This document shows, in pieces, positions 27,281 to 36,684 of a DNA stretch of 64,000 nt. Source of the DNA: Rhodospirillaceae bacterium (GTDB lineage Bacteria > Pseudomonadota > Alphaproteobacteria > SHVZ01); assembly GCA_016792585.1 (NCBI GenBank), contig JAEULB010000159.1:47097-111096 (forward strand), written 5' to 3'. The notes beneath the pieces are model-generated. The model worked only from the letters and a program-made list of their open reading frames with translations, ran no database searches and was not told where the DNA came from. The position numbers and the translations under genes are program-made. Each line of letters begins with the position of its first letter. Position 1 is the stretch's first letter.

Positions 27281-28966
27281 ATGCGCTCTAGCGCCACGCA
27301 CCACCGGACGCTGACAGCGATCGTCGTCGCCGCCGTCGTGGCCGTGTCGGCGATCTGGGCGGCGGCGATCTCGCTGGCGATCCAGGACCGGCGCGACGTG
27401 TTCCGCGATGCGGAGACCGAGCTGATCGGCACGCAGAACGCGATCTCGGCGCATGTCGAGCGCACTTTCGAGAACGGCCGCTTTCTCCTGACGGCGGTCG
27501 ACCTCTGGCTCGGCGATGCGGACAACCAGCGCCCGCTCGACCAGCTGGCCTCGTGGATCACGACGCTCGAAAGCGCACAGGAGACCCCGCTCACGGTCCA
27601 CCTGTTCGACCAGGCCGGCGACATCGTCCGCTACGGCGATCCGAGAGTCGATGCCGTCAACATCCGCGACCGCGACTACTTTCAGGAGCTGCAACGCCGG
27701 TTCCCGCGATATCACTACGTCGGCGCGGGGATCGTCGGCCGCGACACCGGCCGCAGAGTCATCCCGCTCGCGACCAAGATCCCGGTCAATCGCTTCGGCA
27801 TCGCCTATGCCGTCGCCTCGATCCCGACCCAGGTGCTGGTCGAGGCCTTCGAGGGCCTGCTGGTGACCGCTCCCGGCGTCGTCGGCATCATCCGCGAGGA
27901 CGGTACCTTCCTGCTGAGGACGCCGGACGAGAAAGCCCTGACCGGCACCCAGATCGACCTGAGCAGCGTGCTGAGCCTGACGCCGGAGTCCCCGCGCGCC
28001 GGCTTCTTCATTCACCGCCTGGGCAGCGGCGCCGAGGCCATGACCGCCTACTCGCGCCTGAACTCGCTGCCCCTCTACGTCTTCGGCACCTTCCAGATAT
28101 CCGACCTACTCGCCAAGGTTCAGGATCGGTCACGTCCGAAAATCCTGACCGCGGCCGCCTCGACCGTTCTCGTCGTGCTCGCCGCCGCCCTTCTCGGATT
28201 CCTGATCGTGCAGCGCGAGAGGGAGGCCAGGCGCGTCGCCGATGCGCTGGTCGCCGCCGACGAGGCGAGTGCGGCGAAGACCCAGTTCCTCGCCAATGTC
28301 AGCCACGAGCTCCGCACGCCGCTCAACGCCGTCATCGGCTTCTCGGAGACGCTGGCGGGGCAGTTCTTCGGGCCGTTGTCGGATCGCTATCGCGGATATG
28401 CCGAGGACATCCTGTCGTCCGGGCGACACCTGCTCAGCATCGTCGACCAGCTGCTCGACATGGCCTCGATCGAGGCCCGGCGCGAGCATCTGAGACCCGA
28501 GCCGGTCGCGATCGACGAGATCGCCGATGCGGTCGCCCATATGATGCGGCCGATGGCCGACCAGCGCGGCATCCGCGTGGCCGTCCGCCACCCGGGCGAA
28601 CCGATCACGATCGAGAGCGACAGCCGTTGCGTCCGCCAGATCCTGATCAACCTGATGAGCAACGCCATCCGCTTCTGCCGCGCCGGCGGCGAGGTCGCGC
28701 TGTCCTGGAACCGCGACGGCGGCCACGTGAACGTGGCGATCGAGGACCAAGGCCCCGGCATCGCCGAGGAAGACCTGCCGCGGATCTTCGATCTCTTCTG
28801 GCAGAGCGAGGACGCCTATGCGCGACGCCACGGCGGCATCGGCCTCGGCCTGCCGCTGACCAAGACGCTGACGACGGCGCTCGGCGGCACCATCGCGGTC
28901 ACCAGCGAGGTCGGCGTCGGGAGCCGCTTCGTCGTGCGGCTTCCCGACACGCTGACTGCCGCCTAG
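27281..28966 (+). CDS. Sensor histidine kinase with a periplasmic sensing domain flanked by TM segments; orphan, with no response regulator nearby
   Basis: H-box VSHELRTPLNAVIGFSE. The HATPase_c N, G1 and G2 boxes are present (LINLMSNAIRF ... DQGPGI ... GGIGLGL). There are two TM segments. Confidence 0.85.
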   Translation: MRSSATHHRTLTAIVVAAVVAVSAIWAAAISLAIQDRRDVFRDAETELIGTQNAISAHVERTFENGRFLLTAVDLWLGDADNQRPLDQLASWITTLESAQETPLTVHLFDQAGDIVRYGDPRVDAVNIRDRDYFQELQRRFPRYHYVGAGIVGRDTGRRVIPLATKIPVNRFGIAYAVASIPTQVLVEAFEGLLVTAPGVVGIIREDGTFLLRTPDEKALTGTQIDLSSVLSLTPESPRAGFFIHRLGSGAEAMTAYSRLNSLPLYVFGTFQISDLLAKVQDRSRPKILTAAASTVLVVLAAALLGFLIVQREREARRVADALVAADEASAAKTQFLANVSHELRTPLNAVIGFSETLAGQFFGPLSDRYRGYAEDILSSGRHLLSIVDQLLDMASIEARREHLRPEPVAIDEIADAVAHMMRPMADQRGIRVAVRHPGEPITIESDSRCVRQILINLMSNAIRFCRAGGEVALSWNRDGGHVNVAIEDQGPGIAEEDLPRIFDLFWQSEDAYARRHGGIGLGLPLTKTLTTALGGTIAVTSEVGVGSRFVVRLPDTLTAA

Positions 28967-30372
28967 GCCGCCATCGTCTTCAGCAGCGCCAGCGCTTCCT
29001 TCTCCAGGGTCTCGGCCGCGGTCGGCGCATAGGGCGTCGCCCATTCGGTCTCGTAGCCGCCTTCGGCATAGGCGTCGGCGACCGGCACGTAGCCCTGCCA
29101 GCCGTTCGAGTATCCGGCGAGCTGGACCACCGGCAGCGGCGCGGCATCGCGGACGCGCGCGCCGATCCGCGAGAACGGCTCCAGCGGCGCCCCGATCAGA
29201 CCGACATTGCCCAGGCGGATTCCATGCAGGTCGACGCTCATATGGGTCTGGCCCTGGGTGATCCTCGCCCAATGCGCGTTCATCGCCGCCCGTTTGTAGC
29301 GGGCATTGGTGTCGGAGATCTCCTGCGGGCTGGCCTTGGTCTTGTCGATCGCGACCATCGCCTGGGCGAGACGCTCCTGCTCTGCCGTCGCGTCCGCGGC
29401 AGAGCCGTAGTTGCGCACCGGCAGCTTCGCCTTCCGGGTCGTCACCACCAGCTTGGTCTCGGCCTCGGGCCCGGTGTCCTCGGCCCAGAGGCCGAGGGGC
29501 GCGCCCGACTCCACAACCTTGTCGAAGCGCCTGACGATCGGGCGCGTGCGGAGCGCCATCAGGACCCGCGACGCCTCGGCGCCGAGCCTGGTCCCGATCC
29601 GCCGCGGGATCCGCACGTCGCCGGTCAGGCCTTGCTCCGGCATCTGGTCGCCGGCGCAACCCTGCAGGAACAGGCAGGGCGCACCGGTCAGCTGCTCGAC
29701 CACGCGCTTCACCGTTCCCGGATAGTCCGGGCTGATCAGCCGGTTCTGATGCGCCAGCGTGATCGGATGCGTGCCGAAGCCGACGATGGAGGCGATCGGC
29801 TTCTCGTCCAGGTCGTCGATGCGGACCGCCGTGACGGTCTGGTCGACATACCCGTCGCGGTTCTCGGCGACCAGCACCGCGCCCGACGGCCCCTTGAAGC
29901 GCCGGTTCACGGTGATGTCGCTCTTGCCGTAGCCGCCGATCACGCGCGCCTGCTTCGGCGCCATCATCGCCTGGCGCACGGCGCCGACGAGCTGCGCGCG
30001 CACATAGTCCTGATATGCCGGCACCAGCTCGGCGCCCGGAAGCTTGCTGTTGCCGCCGAAGCCGCCGGAGACCGACCAGGGCGGACCGGCATGGGTGTGC
30101 GTGTAGGCAAGACGTACGGCCTCCGCCGGCACGCCGGCGACGTCGCCGATCATCTTCCGAAGCTCGTCCGACTCGTCCATGCCGAAGGAGCCGAAGTCGA
30201 CATCCATCAGGACGGCCTTGGTGTTGCCGTCCTCGATGATCATCGCCGTCGCCCAGAGCTCCATGTCGATGCCCTCGGCACGGTCGTGCACGCGGGCACC
30301 CCAGTTGGTGTGCGCGATGCCGACGGGCGGCGTGATGTCGGTGCGGCCGACGCCGACACGAAGCTTGGACAT
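28963..30372 (-). CDS. Neutral/alkaline ceramidase-like hydrolase (hypothetical)
   Basis: 469 aa. The N-terminus LRVGVGRTDITPPVGI resembles the neutral ceramidase N-terminal domain. There is a strong AAGGAGA RBS. Confidence 0.45.
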   Translation of the reverse strand: MSKLRVGVGRTDITPPVGIAHTNWGARVHDRAEGIDMELWATAMIIEDGNTKAVLMDVDFGSFGMDESDELRKMIGDVAGVPAEAVRLAYTHTHAGPPWSVSGGFGGNSKLPGAELVPAYQDYVRAQLVGAVRQAMMAPKQARVIGGYGKSDITVNRRFKGPSGAVLVAENRDGYVDQTVTAVRIDDLDEKPIASIVGFGTHPITLAHQNRLISPDYPGTVKRVVEQLTGAPCLFLQGCAGDQMPEQGLTGDVRIPRRIGTRLGAEASRVLMALRTRPIVRRFDKVVESGAPLGLWAEDTGPEAETKLVVTTRKAKLPVRNYGSAADATAEQERLAQAMVAIDKTKASPQEISDTNARYKRAAMNAHWARITQGQTHMSVDLHGIRLGNVGLIGAPLEPFSRIGARVRDAAPLPVVQLAGYSNGWQGYVPVADAYAEGGYETEWATPYAPTAAETLEKEALALLKTMAA

Positions 30373-30393
30373 GGGTCAGGTCTCCTTGATTAC

Positions 30394-30786
30394 TCAGGCA
30401 GCGCGCGCGGCGACCGCCTCGATCTCCACTAGGAACTCGGGCCGGGCGAGCCCGGCGACGATCACGAAGGTAGAGGCCGGAAAGTCCGGCCCCGGAAGAT
30501 GCTTCAGCCGCGCCGTGCGCACGGCCGGGATCAGGTCGCGGTCGACGACAAAGGTCGTCACCTTGACCAGGTCGGCCTCGGTCATGCCGCCTGATGCCAG
30601 CACGCGGAAGACGTTGGACCAGGCGTGATCGGCCTGCGCTTCCGCGCCCTCGGCCAGCGTGCCGTCCGGCGCAATGCCGAGCTGGCCGGACACGAAGATC
30701 CAGCGCAACCCCTTCTCGACCGCGATCCCGTGACTGTAGGCGCCGAGCGGCGGCGCCATTGTCGGCGGGTTGAGGCGTTCGTGCAT
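30394..30786 (-). CDS. ridA: RidA/YjgF family protein
   Basis: About 130 aa with the typical fold signature (GLRWIFVSGQLGIAPDG...TTFVVD). The start is taken at MHERLNPP, and 30813 is an alternative. Confidence 0.75.
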   Translation of the reverse strand: MHERLNPPTMAPPLGAYSHGIAVEKGLRWIFVSGQLGIAPDGTLAEGAEAQADHAWSNVFRVLASGGMTEADLVKVTTFVVDRDLIPAVRTARLKHLPGPDFPASTFVIVAGLARPEFLVEIEAVAARAA

Positions 30787-30793
30787 CGACGCT

Positions 30794-31771
30794 TCAGCTC
30801 TTGGGACGGACACCCATCGCCAACAGTCGGTCCCTCATCCGGTCGGTCGCGGCTGTGATCGCCGCGGCGATCGTCGGCTCGACGCTCTTGTGGCCGGCCT
30901 CCAGAACCCAGGTGAACTCCGCCTCGGGCCATGCCTTGTGCAGCTTCCAGGCGACGTAAGGGCGCGTGGTCTGGTCGTAGCGGCCCTGGATGATCGCGCC
31001 CGGGATGTGGCGGATCTTGGAGACGCCGTCGATCAGCTGGTTGGGCTTCAGGTAGAACTTGTTGACGCAGTAGTCGGTCCAGAATCGCGCCAGCGGAATG
31101 CAGGCCTCCGGCGCGAGGCCGCCCGGCAGCGCCGTCGGATCCTCGCGGAACGGGATGGTGAAGCAGCTGTATGTGGCGAGCGCGCGCGCCGCCGGCAGAT
31201 GCACCTTGGGATCCGGGTCGAGCGCCCGCTTGTGATAGGCCTTCAGGAGGTCGCCGCGCTCGGCTTCGGGAATGAAGCTGGCGAGCTCCCACCAGCGTTC
31301 CGGGAAGATGTTCTTCTGACCGTTCCACCACCAGTCGACCTCGTCGTCGCCGCCGGTGAAGATGCCGCGGATGACGATGCCGTGGCAGCGCTCGGGGTGG
31401 TTCTGGGCGTAGTGCAGCGACATGAAGCTCGACCACGAGCCGCCGGTCACCAGCCACTTCTCGACGCCCATCTCCTTCCGCACCTTCTCATAGTCGGCGA
31501 GGATGTGGGCCGTGGTGTTGTTGGCGAGCTCGCCGTTCGACGACGACTTTCCGGTCCCGCGCTGGTCGAAGACGATGATGTCGAAGAAGTCCGGATCGTA
31601 GTTGCGGCGATTGTCCGGCACCGTCCGCCCGCCCGGCCCGCCATGCGTGAAGATCACCGGCACGCCCTTCGGGTTGCCCGACCGCTCCCAGTAGAGCTCG
31701 TGAAGATTGTCGACCTTGAGCTTGCCGGTCGTATGCGGCTCGATCGACGGGTAGAGAGCGGGCGAGGCCAT
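30794..31771 (-). CDS. pip: Proline iminopeptidase (alpha/beta hydrolase)
   Basis: It has the nucleophile elbow GGSWSS and the oxyanion region HGGPGG. The start at MASPALYP has a GGAGA Shine-Dalgarno 9 nt upstream. Confidence 0.8.
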   Translation of the reverse strand: MASPALYPSIEPHTTGKLKVDNLHELYWERSGNPKGVPVIFTHGGPGGRTVPDNRRNYDPDFFDIIVFDQRGTGKSSSNGELANNTTAHILADYEKVRKEMGVEKWLVTGGSWSSFMSLHYAQNHPERCHGIVIRGIFTGGDDEVDWWWNGQKNIFPERWWELASFIPEAERGDLLKAYHKRALDPDPKVHLPAARALATYSCFTIPFREDPTALPGGLAPEACIPLARFWTDYCVNKFYLKPNQLIDGVSKIRHIPGAIIQGRYDQTTRPYVAWKLHKAWPEAEFTWVLEAGHKSVEPTIAAAITAATDRMRDRLLAMGVRPKS

Positions 31772-31849
31772 CGATGAAGTCTCCGTGACGTGAGACCGGC
31801 GGCGCACCTGGGCGCGCCGCCGGTCGGACTTGACGCTATGCCGAGGAGA

Positions 31850-33448
31850 TCAGTCCTTGGCGATGTTGAACAGCACCAGCTTCGAGGTGGGAAGCACGCC
31901 GGAGACGTTCTTCCGCCAGGCGTAGGGCTGGTCGTACTGGCCGGTCATGACGTAGGGCACGACCTCCCAGAGGCGACGGTGCAGCTTGTCGAGGACCGCC
32001 ATGCGCTCTTCCTTGGTCTGGGCGGCGATGAAGGCATTGCGCAGCTTCTCGGTCTCCTCGTCGGCGGCCCAGCCGGCCCAGCTCGAATCCGTCGACATGT
32101 TGGTGCCGAGGTTGGTCAGCGGGTTATGCCAGGTCGACCACGAGCCCGAGGCCGACCACAGATGCCAGCCGCCGCTCTCGCCGGGCTTGTTCTTGTTGCC
32201 GCCGAACCGGGTCACCATCGTGCCCCAGTCCATCATCTCGAGCTCGACGTTGACACCGGTCTTGCGCAGGCCGTCGACGAGGACCTCGGTGATCGCGCCG
32301 ATGTGGGCGATCTCCTTGGTGCCGATCACGTAGATCTTCTCGCCCTTGTAGCCGGCCTCGGCGAGAAGCTGCTTCGCCTTCTCGCGGTTGACCTTGCGGT
32401 AGGGCTCGGAGCCGACCTCGGTGCCATAGGCCGACTTGCAGACGAAGAAGCTGTAGCACTCGTTCCACCACTTCTTGTCGCCGAAGCCGGCGGCAAGGAA
32501 GTCCTCCTGCGAGGCGATCAAGGCGAGGGCCTGACGGGCCTTGATGTTGTTGAACGGCGGGTGCAGGCCGTTCGGGCGGAAGAAGCCGAAGCCGCCGACC
32601 GGATGCACCTTCTGGACGACGATGTCCTTGTCCTTCTCGAGCAAGGGCAGGATGTCGCCGGCCGGCATGTCGATCATGTCGACTTCGCTCTTGAGGAGCG
32701 CGGCGGCGGCGGTGTTGGCGTCGGGAATCACCTTGAACACGAGGCGATCGACCTTCGCCTGCTTGCCGCCGGCCATCGCATTCGGCGGCTCGGAGCGCGG
32801 CACGTAGTCCGGGTTCTTGACGTAGACGACCTCGGAGCCCGGCTTCCACTCGGAGGCGACGAACTTGAACGGACCGGAGCCGATCTGCGCATCGTTGGGG
32901 ACGGCGGTGAACGGATCGACCATCGCCTCCTTCTCGCGCATCATCGCCGGGAAGTTGCCTGCGTGGTTGCCGAGCGAGTACTCGACCCAGGCATAGGGCT
33001 GCTTCATCTTGATGACGAAGGTGTTGGCATCGGTCGCGGTGATGCCGGCGACGCTCTCGCCCATCTTGCGGCCGATCGGGTCGCGCTTCATCCAGCGGTT
33101 GATCGAGGCGATGATGTCCTTGGTCGTGACCGCGGTGCCGTCATGCCACTTGAGGCCGGGCCTGAGCGTCATCGTGTAGGTCAGCTTGTCCGCCGAGACC
33201 GCGGAGTTGCTCACCATCTGCGGCATCGGCTGCAGATCGACGTCCCAGGCGAAGAGCTGATCGTAGATGTTGGTCGCATGCATCGTCGTGATCGTCGCCG
33301 CCGCCTGCAGCGGGTCGAGCACGCGAAGATCGGCATGCGGGATGATGGTCAGCGTCTTCTGCGCCGACGCCGGTTGCGCATGGAGCCCGAGGCCCAAGGC
33401 CAAGGACATCGCCGTCAGGGCGCCCAAGCGCCCGGTGTAGGATTTCAT
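31850..33448 (-). CDS. ABC transporter substrate-binding protein, family 5; orphan
   Basis: It starts at MKSYTGRLGALTAMSLALGLGLHAQPASA, after GGGAGG. Confidence 0.8.
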   Translation of the reverse strand: MKSYTGRLGALTAMSLALGLGLHAQPASAQKTLTIIPHADLRVLDPLQAAATITTMHATNIYDQLFAWDVDLQPMPQMVSNSAVSADKLTYTMTLRPGLKWHDGTAVTTKDIIASINRWMKRDPIGRKMGESVAGITATDANTFVIKMKQPYAWVEYSLGNHAGNFPAMMREKEAMVDPFTAVPNDAQIGSGPFKFVASEWKPGSEVVYVKNPDYVPRSEPPNAMAGGKQAKVDRLVFKVIPDANTAAAALLKSEVDMIDMPAGDILPLLEKDKDIVVQKVHPVGGFGFFRPNGLHPPFNNIKARQALALIASQEDFLAAGFGDKKWWNECYSFFVCKSAYGTEVGSEPYRKVNREKAKQLLAEAGYKGEKIYVIGTKEIAHIGAITEVLVDGLRKTGVNVELEMMDWGTMVTRFGGNKNKPGESGGWHLWSASGSWSTWHNPLTNLGTNMSTDSSWAGWAADEETEKLRNAFIAAQTKEERMAVLDKLHRRLWEVVPYVMTGQYDQPYAWRKNVSGVLPTSKLVLFNIAKD

Positions 33449-33576
33449 CTCTTCGCCTCCCGTTTTGATCCGCCCCGAAGTCTCTCGGATCGGAAACCGA
33501 TCCGGACGATGCAACTGTCCGACCGGCGTCATTCCCTGTCAATTGCGGGCAAGGACGGCCGAAACCGGACTTCTCC

Positions 33577-33621
33577 AAAAGAAAAGGCCGGCGGGACACG
33601 GATGCGCGCCGCCGGCCCTTT
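33577..33621 (-). terminator. Rho-independent terminator on the minus strand: GGCCGGCGG, loop, CCGCCGGCC, then UUUUCUUUU
   Basis: A 9-bp perfect stem sits 16 nt after the stop of the upstream substrate-binding protein gene. The T-tract is present in the minus-strand reading direction. Confidence 0.65.
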
Positions 33622-33636
33622 ATCCACGTCAGGCGC

Positions 33637-35226
33637 CTATTCCTTGCTGATGTTCCAGAGCACCAGCTTGGAGGTGGGCAGCACGCCCTTGATGTTGTTG
33701 CGCCAGGCATACTGCTGGTCGAACTGGCCGGTGACGACGTAGGGCATGACCTCGTACATGCGGCGCTGCAGCTTCTCGAGCAGCTCCATGCGGGTCTTCT
33801 GGTCGGTCGCCTCGATGAAGGCGACGCGGAGCTTCTCGCCCTCGTCGTCGGTCGGCCAGCCGGCCCAGCTGCCCTCGGCGTTCAGCACCACGCCGATGTT
33901 GGTCAGCGGGTTGTGCCAGGTCGACCACGAGTTGGTCGTCGTGAAGATGTTCCAATGGCCCGGCTGCCCGACCGGTGCCTTGTTGGTGAGGAAGCGGGTC
34001 AGCGTCGTGCCCCAGTCGGCCCATTCGACCTCGGCCTTGACGCCGATCGCGTTGAGCGCGGCAGCCAGAACCTCGGCCTGCGCGCCGATCGCGGCGATCT
34101 CGCGGGTCGAGGTGATGACGATGCGCTCGCCCTTGTATCCCGCTTCCTCGAACAGCTTCTTCGCGCGCGCCGGATCGGGCTTGCGGAAGCCCTCGGAGCC
34201 GGCCTCGGAGCCGTAGACCGACTTGCAGACGAAGAACGAGAAGCACTCGTTCCAGTTCTTGGTGCCGACCGCGGTGATCATGTAGTCGGACTGCGGGGCG
34301 ACGAGGGCCAGCGCCTGGCGGGCCTTCGCGTTGTTGAACGGCGGGTGGAGAGCGTTGGCCCGGATGGCGCCGAAGCCGCCGACCGGGGCCAGCTTCGACA
34401 CGGTCACCTGGTTCGACTTCTCGAGCTGCGGCAGCACGTCGGCGGCCGGGCTGTCGATGAAGTCGACCTCGCCCTTCAGCAGCGCCGAGGCGGCGGTCTG
34501 CGGATCGGGGATGATCTTGAAGATCAGCCGGTCGACCTTAGCCTGGCGGCCGCCGGCCATGCCGTCCGGGGCCTCCGCGCGCGGCACGTAGTCGGCGTTC
34601 TTGACGTAGACCACCTCGTCGCCCGGCTTCCACTGGTCCCTGGCGAACTTGTAGGGGCCTGAGCCGATCTGCGCGTCGGCGCCGACCGCGGTCATCGGGT
34701 CGATAAGCGCTTCCTTCTCGCGCATGATCGCCGGGTAGTTGCCGGCATGGTTGCCGAGCGAGTACTCGACCCACGAGTAGGGCTGCTTCAGCTTGAAGAC
34801 GAAGGTCTTGTCGTCGACGATGTCGATCGAGGCGAGAACGCCCGCCAGGCGCCGGCCGACGCCGTCGCGGACCATCCAGCGCTTGACCGAGGCGACCGCG
34901 TCCTTCGAGGTCACCGTTGAGCCGTCATGGAACTTGAGGCCCGGACGCAGCGTCATCGTATAGGTGAGCTTGTCGTCCGAGACCTTGTAGTCGCTGATCA
35001 TCTGCGGCTTGGACTGCAGATTCACGTCCCAGGCGAACAGCTGGTCGTAGATGTTCGACGCATGCATCGTCGTGATCGTCGCCGCCGCCTGCAGCGGATC
35101 GAGGATGCGGAGATCGGCATGCGGAACCACATAGACAGTCTTCTGCGCCTCGGCCGGCGCCGCCGTCAGGGCGAGAGCCGCCAGGGGCAGGGCCAAGAAC
35201 GCCAGCCTTTTGCGATAAAGGGTCAT
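33637..35226 (-). CDS. ABC transporter substrate-binding protein, family 5; orphan, and a close paralog of the preceding one
   Basis: The signal peptide is MTLYRKRLAFLALPLAALALTAAPAEA. There is a GGAGGT Shine-Dalgarno. It is collinear with, and closely similar to, the 31850-33448 protein over its whole length. Confidence 0.8.
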   Translation of the reverse strand: MTLYRKRLAFLALPLAALALTAAPAEAQKTVYVVPHADLRILDPLQAAATITTMHASNIYDQLFAWDVNLQSKPQMISDYKVSDDKLTYTMTLRPGLKFHDGSTVTSKDAVASVKRWMVRDGVGRRLAGVLASIDIVDDKTFVFKLKQPYSWVEYSLGNHAGNYPAIMREKEALIDPMTAVGADAQIGSGPYKFARDQWKPGDEVVYVKNADYVPRAEAPDGMAGGRQAKVDRLIFKIIPDPQTAASALLKGEVDFIDSPAADVLPQLEKSNQVTVSKLAPVGGFGAIRANALHPPFNNAKARQALALVAPQSDYMITAVGTKNWNECFSFFVCKSVYGSEAGSEGFRKPDPARAKKLFEEAGYKGERIVITSTREIAAIGAQAEVLAAALNAIGVKAEVEWADWGTTLTRFLTNKAPVGQPGHWNIFTTTNSWSTWHNPLTNIGVVLNAEGSWAGWPTDDEGEKLRVAFIEATDQKTRMELLEKLQRRMYEVMPYVVTGQFDQQYAWRNNIKGVLPTSKLVLWNISKE

Positions 35227-35336
35227 CACCACCTCCAATTGAAATTCCTTGATCCCCGCTCGGCGGGGCGAAACGACTGGCCATGACTGTCGAGCGGGCG
35301 CTTTGGGCTGTCAATCGCGCCGCCGGGTTGGCGAAA

Positions 35337-36536
35337 TCACGATTGCCTGTAGCGCCCGACGATCTCGTCATTCAGTGAGACTCCGAAGCCCGGCTGGTCC
35401 GAAAGCGCGATCTCGCCGTTCTCGACGGTCGGCTCGCCGTGGAAGAGCTCGGAGAAGAAGGTGTCGCCGTCGCGCTCCGGATGCGGGAAGAATTCGGCGA
35501 GCGGCATGTTGGCGCTCGCCATCACCAGATGAAGGTTGTGGTAGTTGTGCGCGTGCGGCACGACCGGAAGGTTGAAGGCCTGCGCCAGCGCCACGATCTT
35601 GCGAGCCTCCGTCAGCCCGCCGACCCGGTTGACGTCGAGCTGCACGTAGTCGACGGCGCGCCGCTCGATCAGCTCGCGGAAGCCCCAGCGGGTGAACTCG
35701 TGCTCTCCGCCGGCGATGGCGACGCCCCCTTCCCGCTTGATCCGCGCATAGCCCTCGATGTCGTCGGGAATCACCGGCTCCTCCACCCAGGCGAGGTGAT
35801 AGGGCTCGAGCATCCTCAGCATCTCGATCGCGTATTGCGCGGTCCAGCCCATGTAGGCGTCGGCCATCAGGTCGATGTCATCGCCGATCGCCTCGCGCAC
35901 GACCTTCACCAGATCAAGGTTCTTCTTCATGCCGGGCCTTCCGTCGCCGGGGCCATAGCCGAAGCGCATCTTCATCGCGGTGTAGCCGTCCCTGGCATAT
36001 CCGGCGGCGATCTCGGCCAGGCGCTCGGGCTTCTTCATCGCGTAGAGCGAGCTCGCGTAGGCCCGGAGCTTGCCCCGCGTCCTGCCGCCGAGCAGGTTGT
36101 AGACCGGCTGCCTGGTCGCCTTCCCCATGATGTCCCAGAGCGCGATGTCGATGCCGCTGATCGCCTCCAGGACCAAGCCCTTGCGACCGATGTTGATGGT
36201 CGAGCGGTACATCTTTTCCCACAGAAGCTCGACGTCGAACGGCGAGCCGCCGATCACGAGCGGGCCTAGGATGTTCTCGACCACCTGCGCCATCGCCTCG
36301 GACCCAAGCGCGATGCCGCCCAAGCCCTCGATGCCGTCGTCGGTGGTGACCTTGACGATCACCACCGTCACCTTGTCCTTCCGCATCTCGATCGGCGCAT
36401 TGTAGAGGCCGACTGCCATCTCGCGCATCTCGCGGCCGAGATCGAACAGGACGTCGGTCGGCGTCGTGCTCCACCAGATCGGCGGCGACCACTCGGGTTC
36501 GCGGATGCGGATGGCGTCGACCTTGGCGATGCGCAT
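35337..36536 (-). CDS. Mandelate racemase / muconate lactonizing enzyme family protein (enolase superfamily; acid-sugar dehydratase-like)
   Basis: It starts at MRIAKVDAIRI. The conserved metal-ligand and catalytic segments of the family are present. Confidence 0.75.
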   Translation of the reverse strand: MRIAKVDAIRIREPEWSPPIWWSTTPTDVLFDLGREMREMAVGLYNAPIEMRKDKVTVVIVKVTTDDGIEGLGGIALGSEAMAQVVENILGPLVIGGSPFDVELLWEKMYRSTINIGRKGLVLEAISGIDIALWDIMGKATRQPVYNLLGGRTRGKLRAYASSLYAMKKPERLAEIAAGYARDGYTAMKMRFGYGPGDGRPGMKKNLDLVKVVREAIGDDIDLMADAYMGWTAQYAIEMLRMLEPYHLAWVEEPVIPDDIEGYARIKREGGVAIAGGEHEFTRWGFRELIERRAVDYVQLDVNRVGGLTEARKIVALAQAFNLPVVPHAHNYHNLHLVMASANMPLAEFFPHPERDGDTFFSELFHGEPTVENGEIALSDQPGFGVSLNDEIVGRYRQS

Positions 36537-36684
36537 TGAGGACTCCAGTCTGAAGGCGCCGCAGGTCACTCGGCCGGGTTGCGGGTGTCAAGCCGACCCG
36601 CTGTTTCACGGACCCGAATGCAACCTTGCCCCTTGCGCATCCTCGCCTCTAGGCTCGCCGCACCTTTCCTGGAGATCCGTCCCG

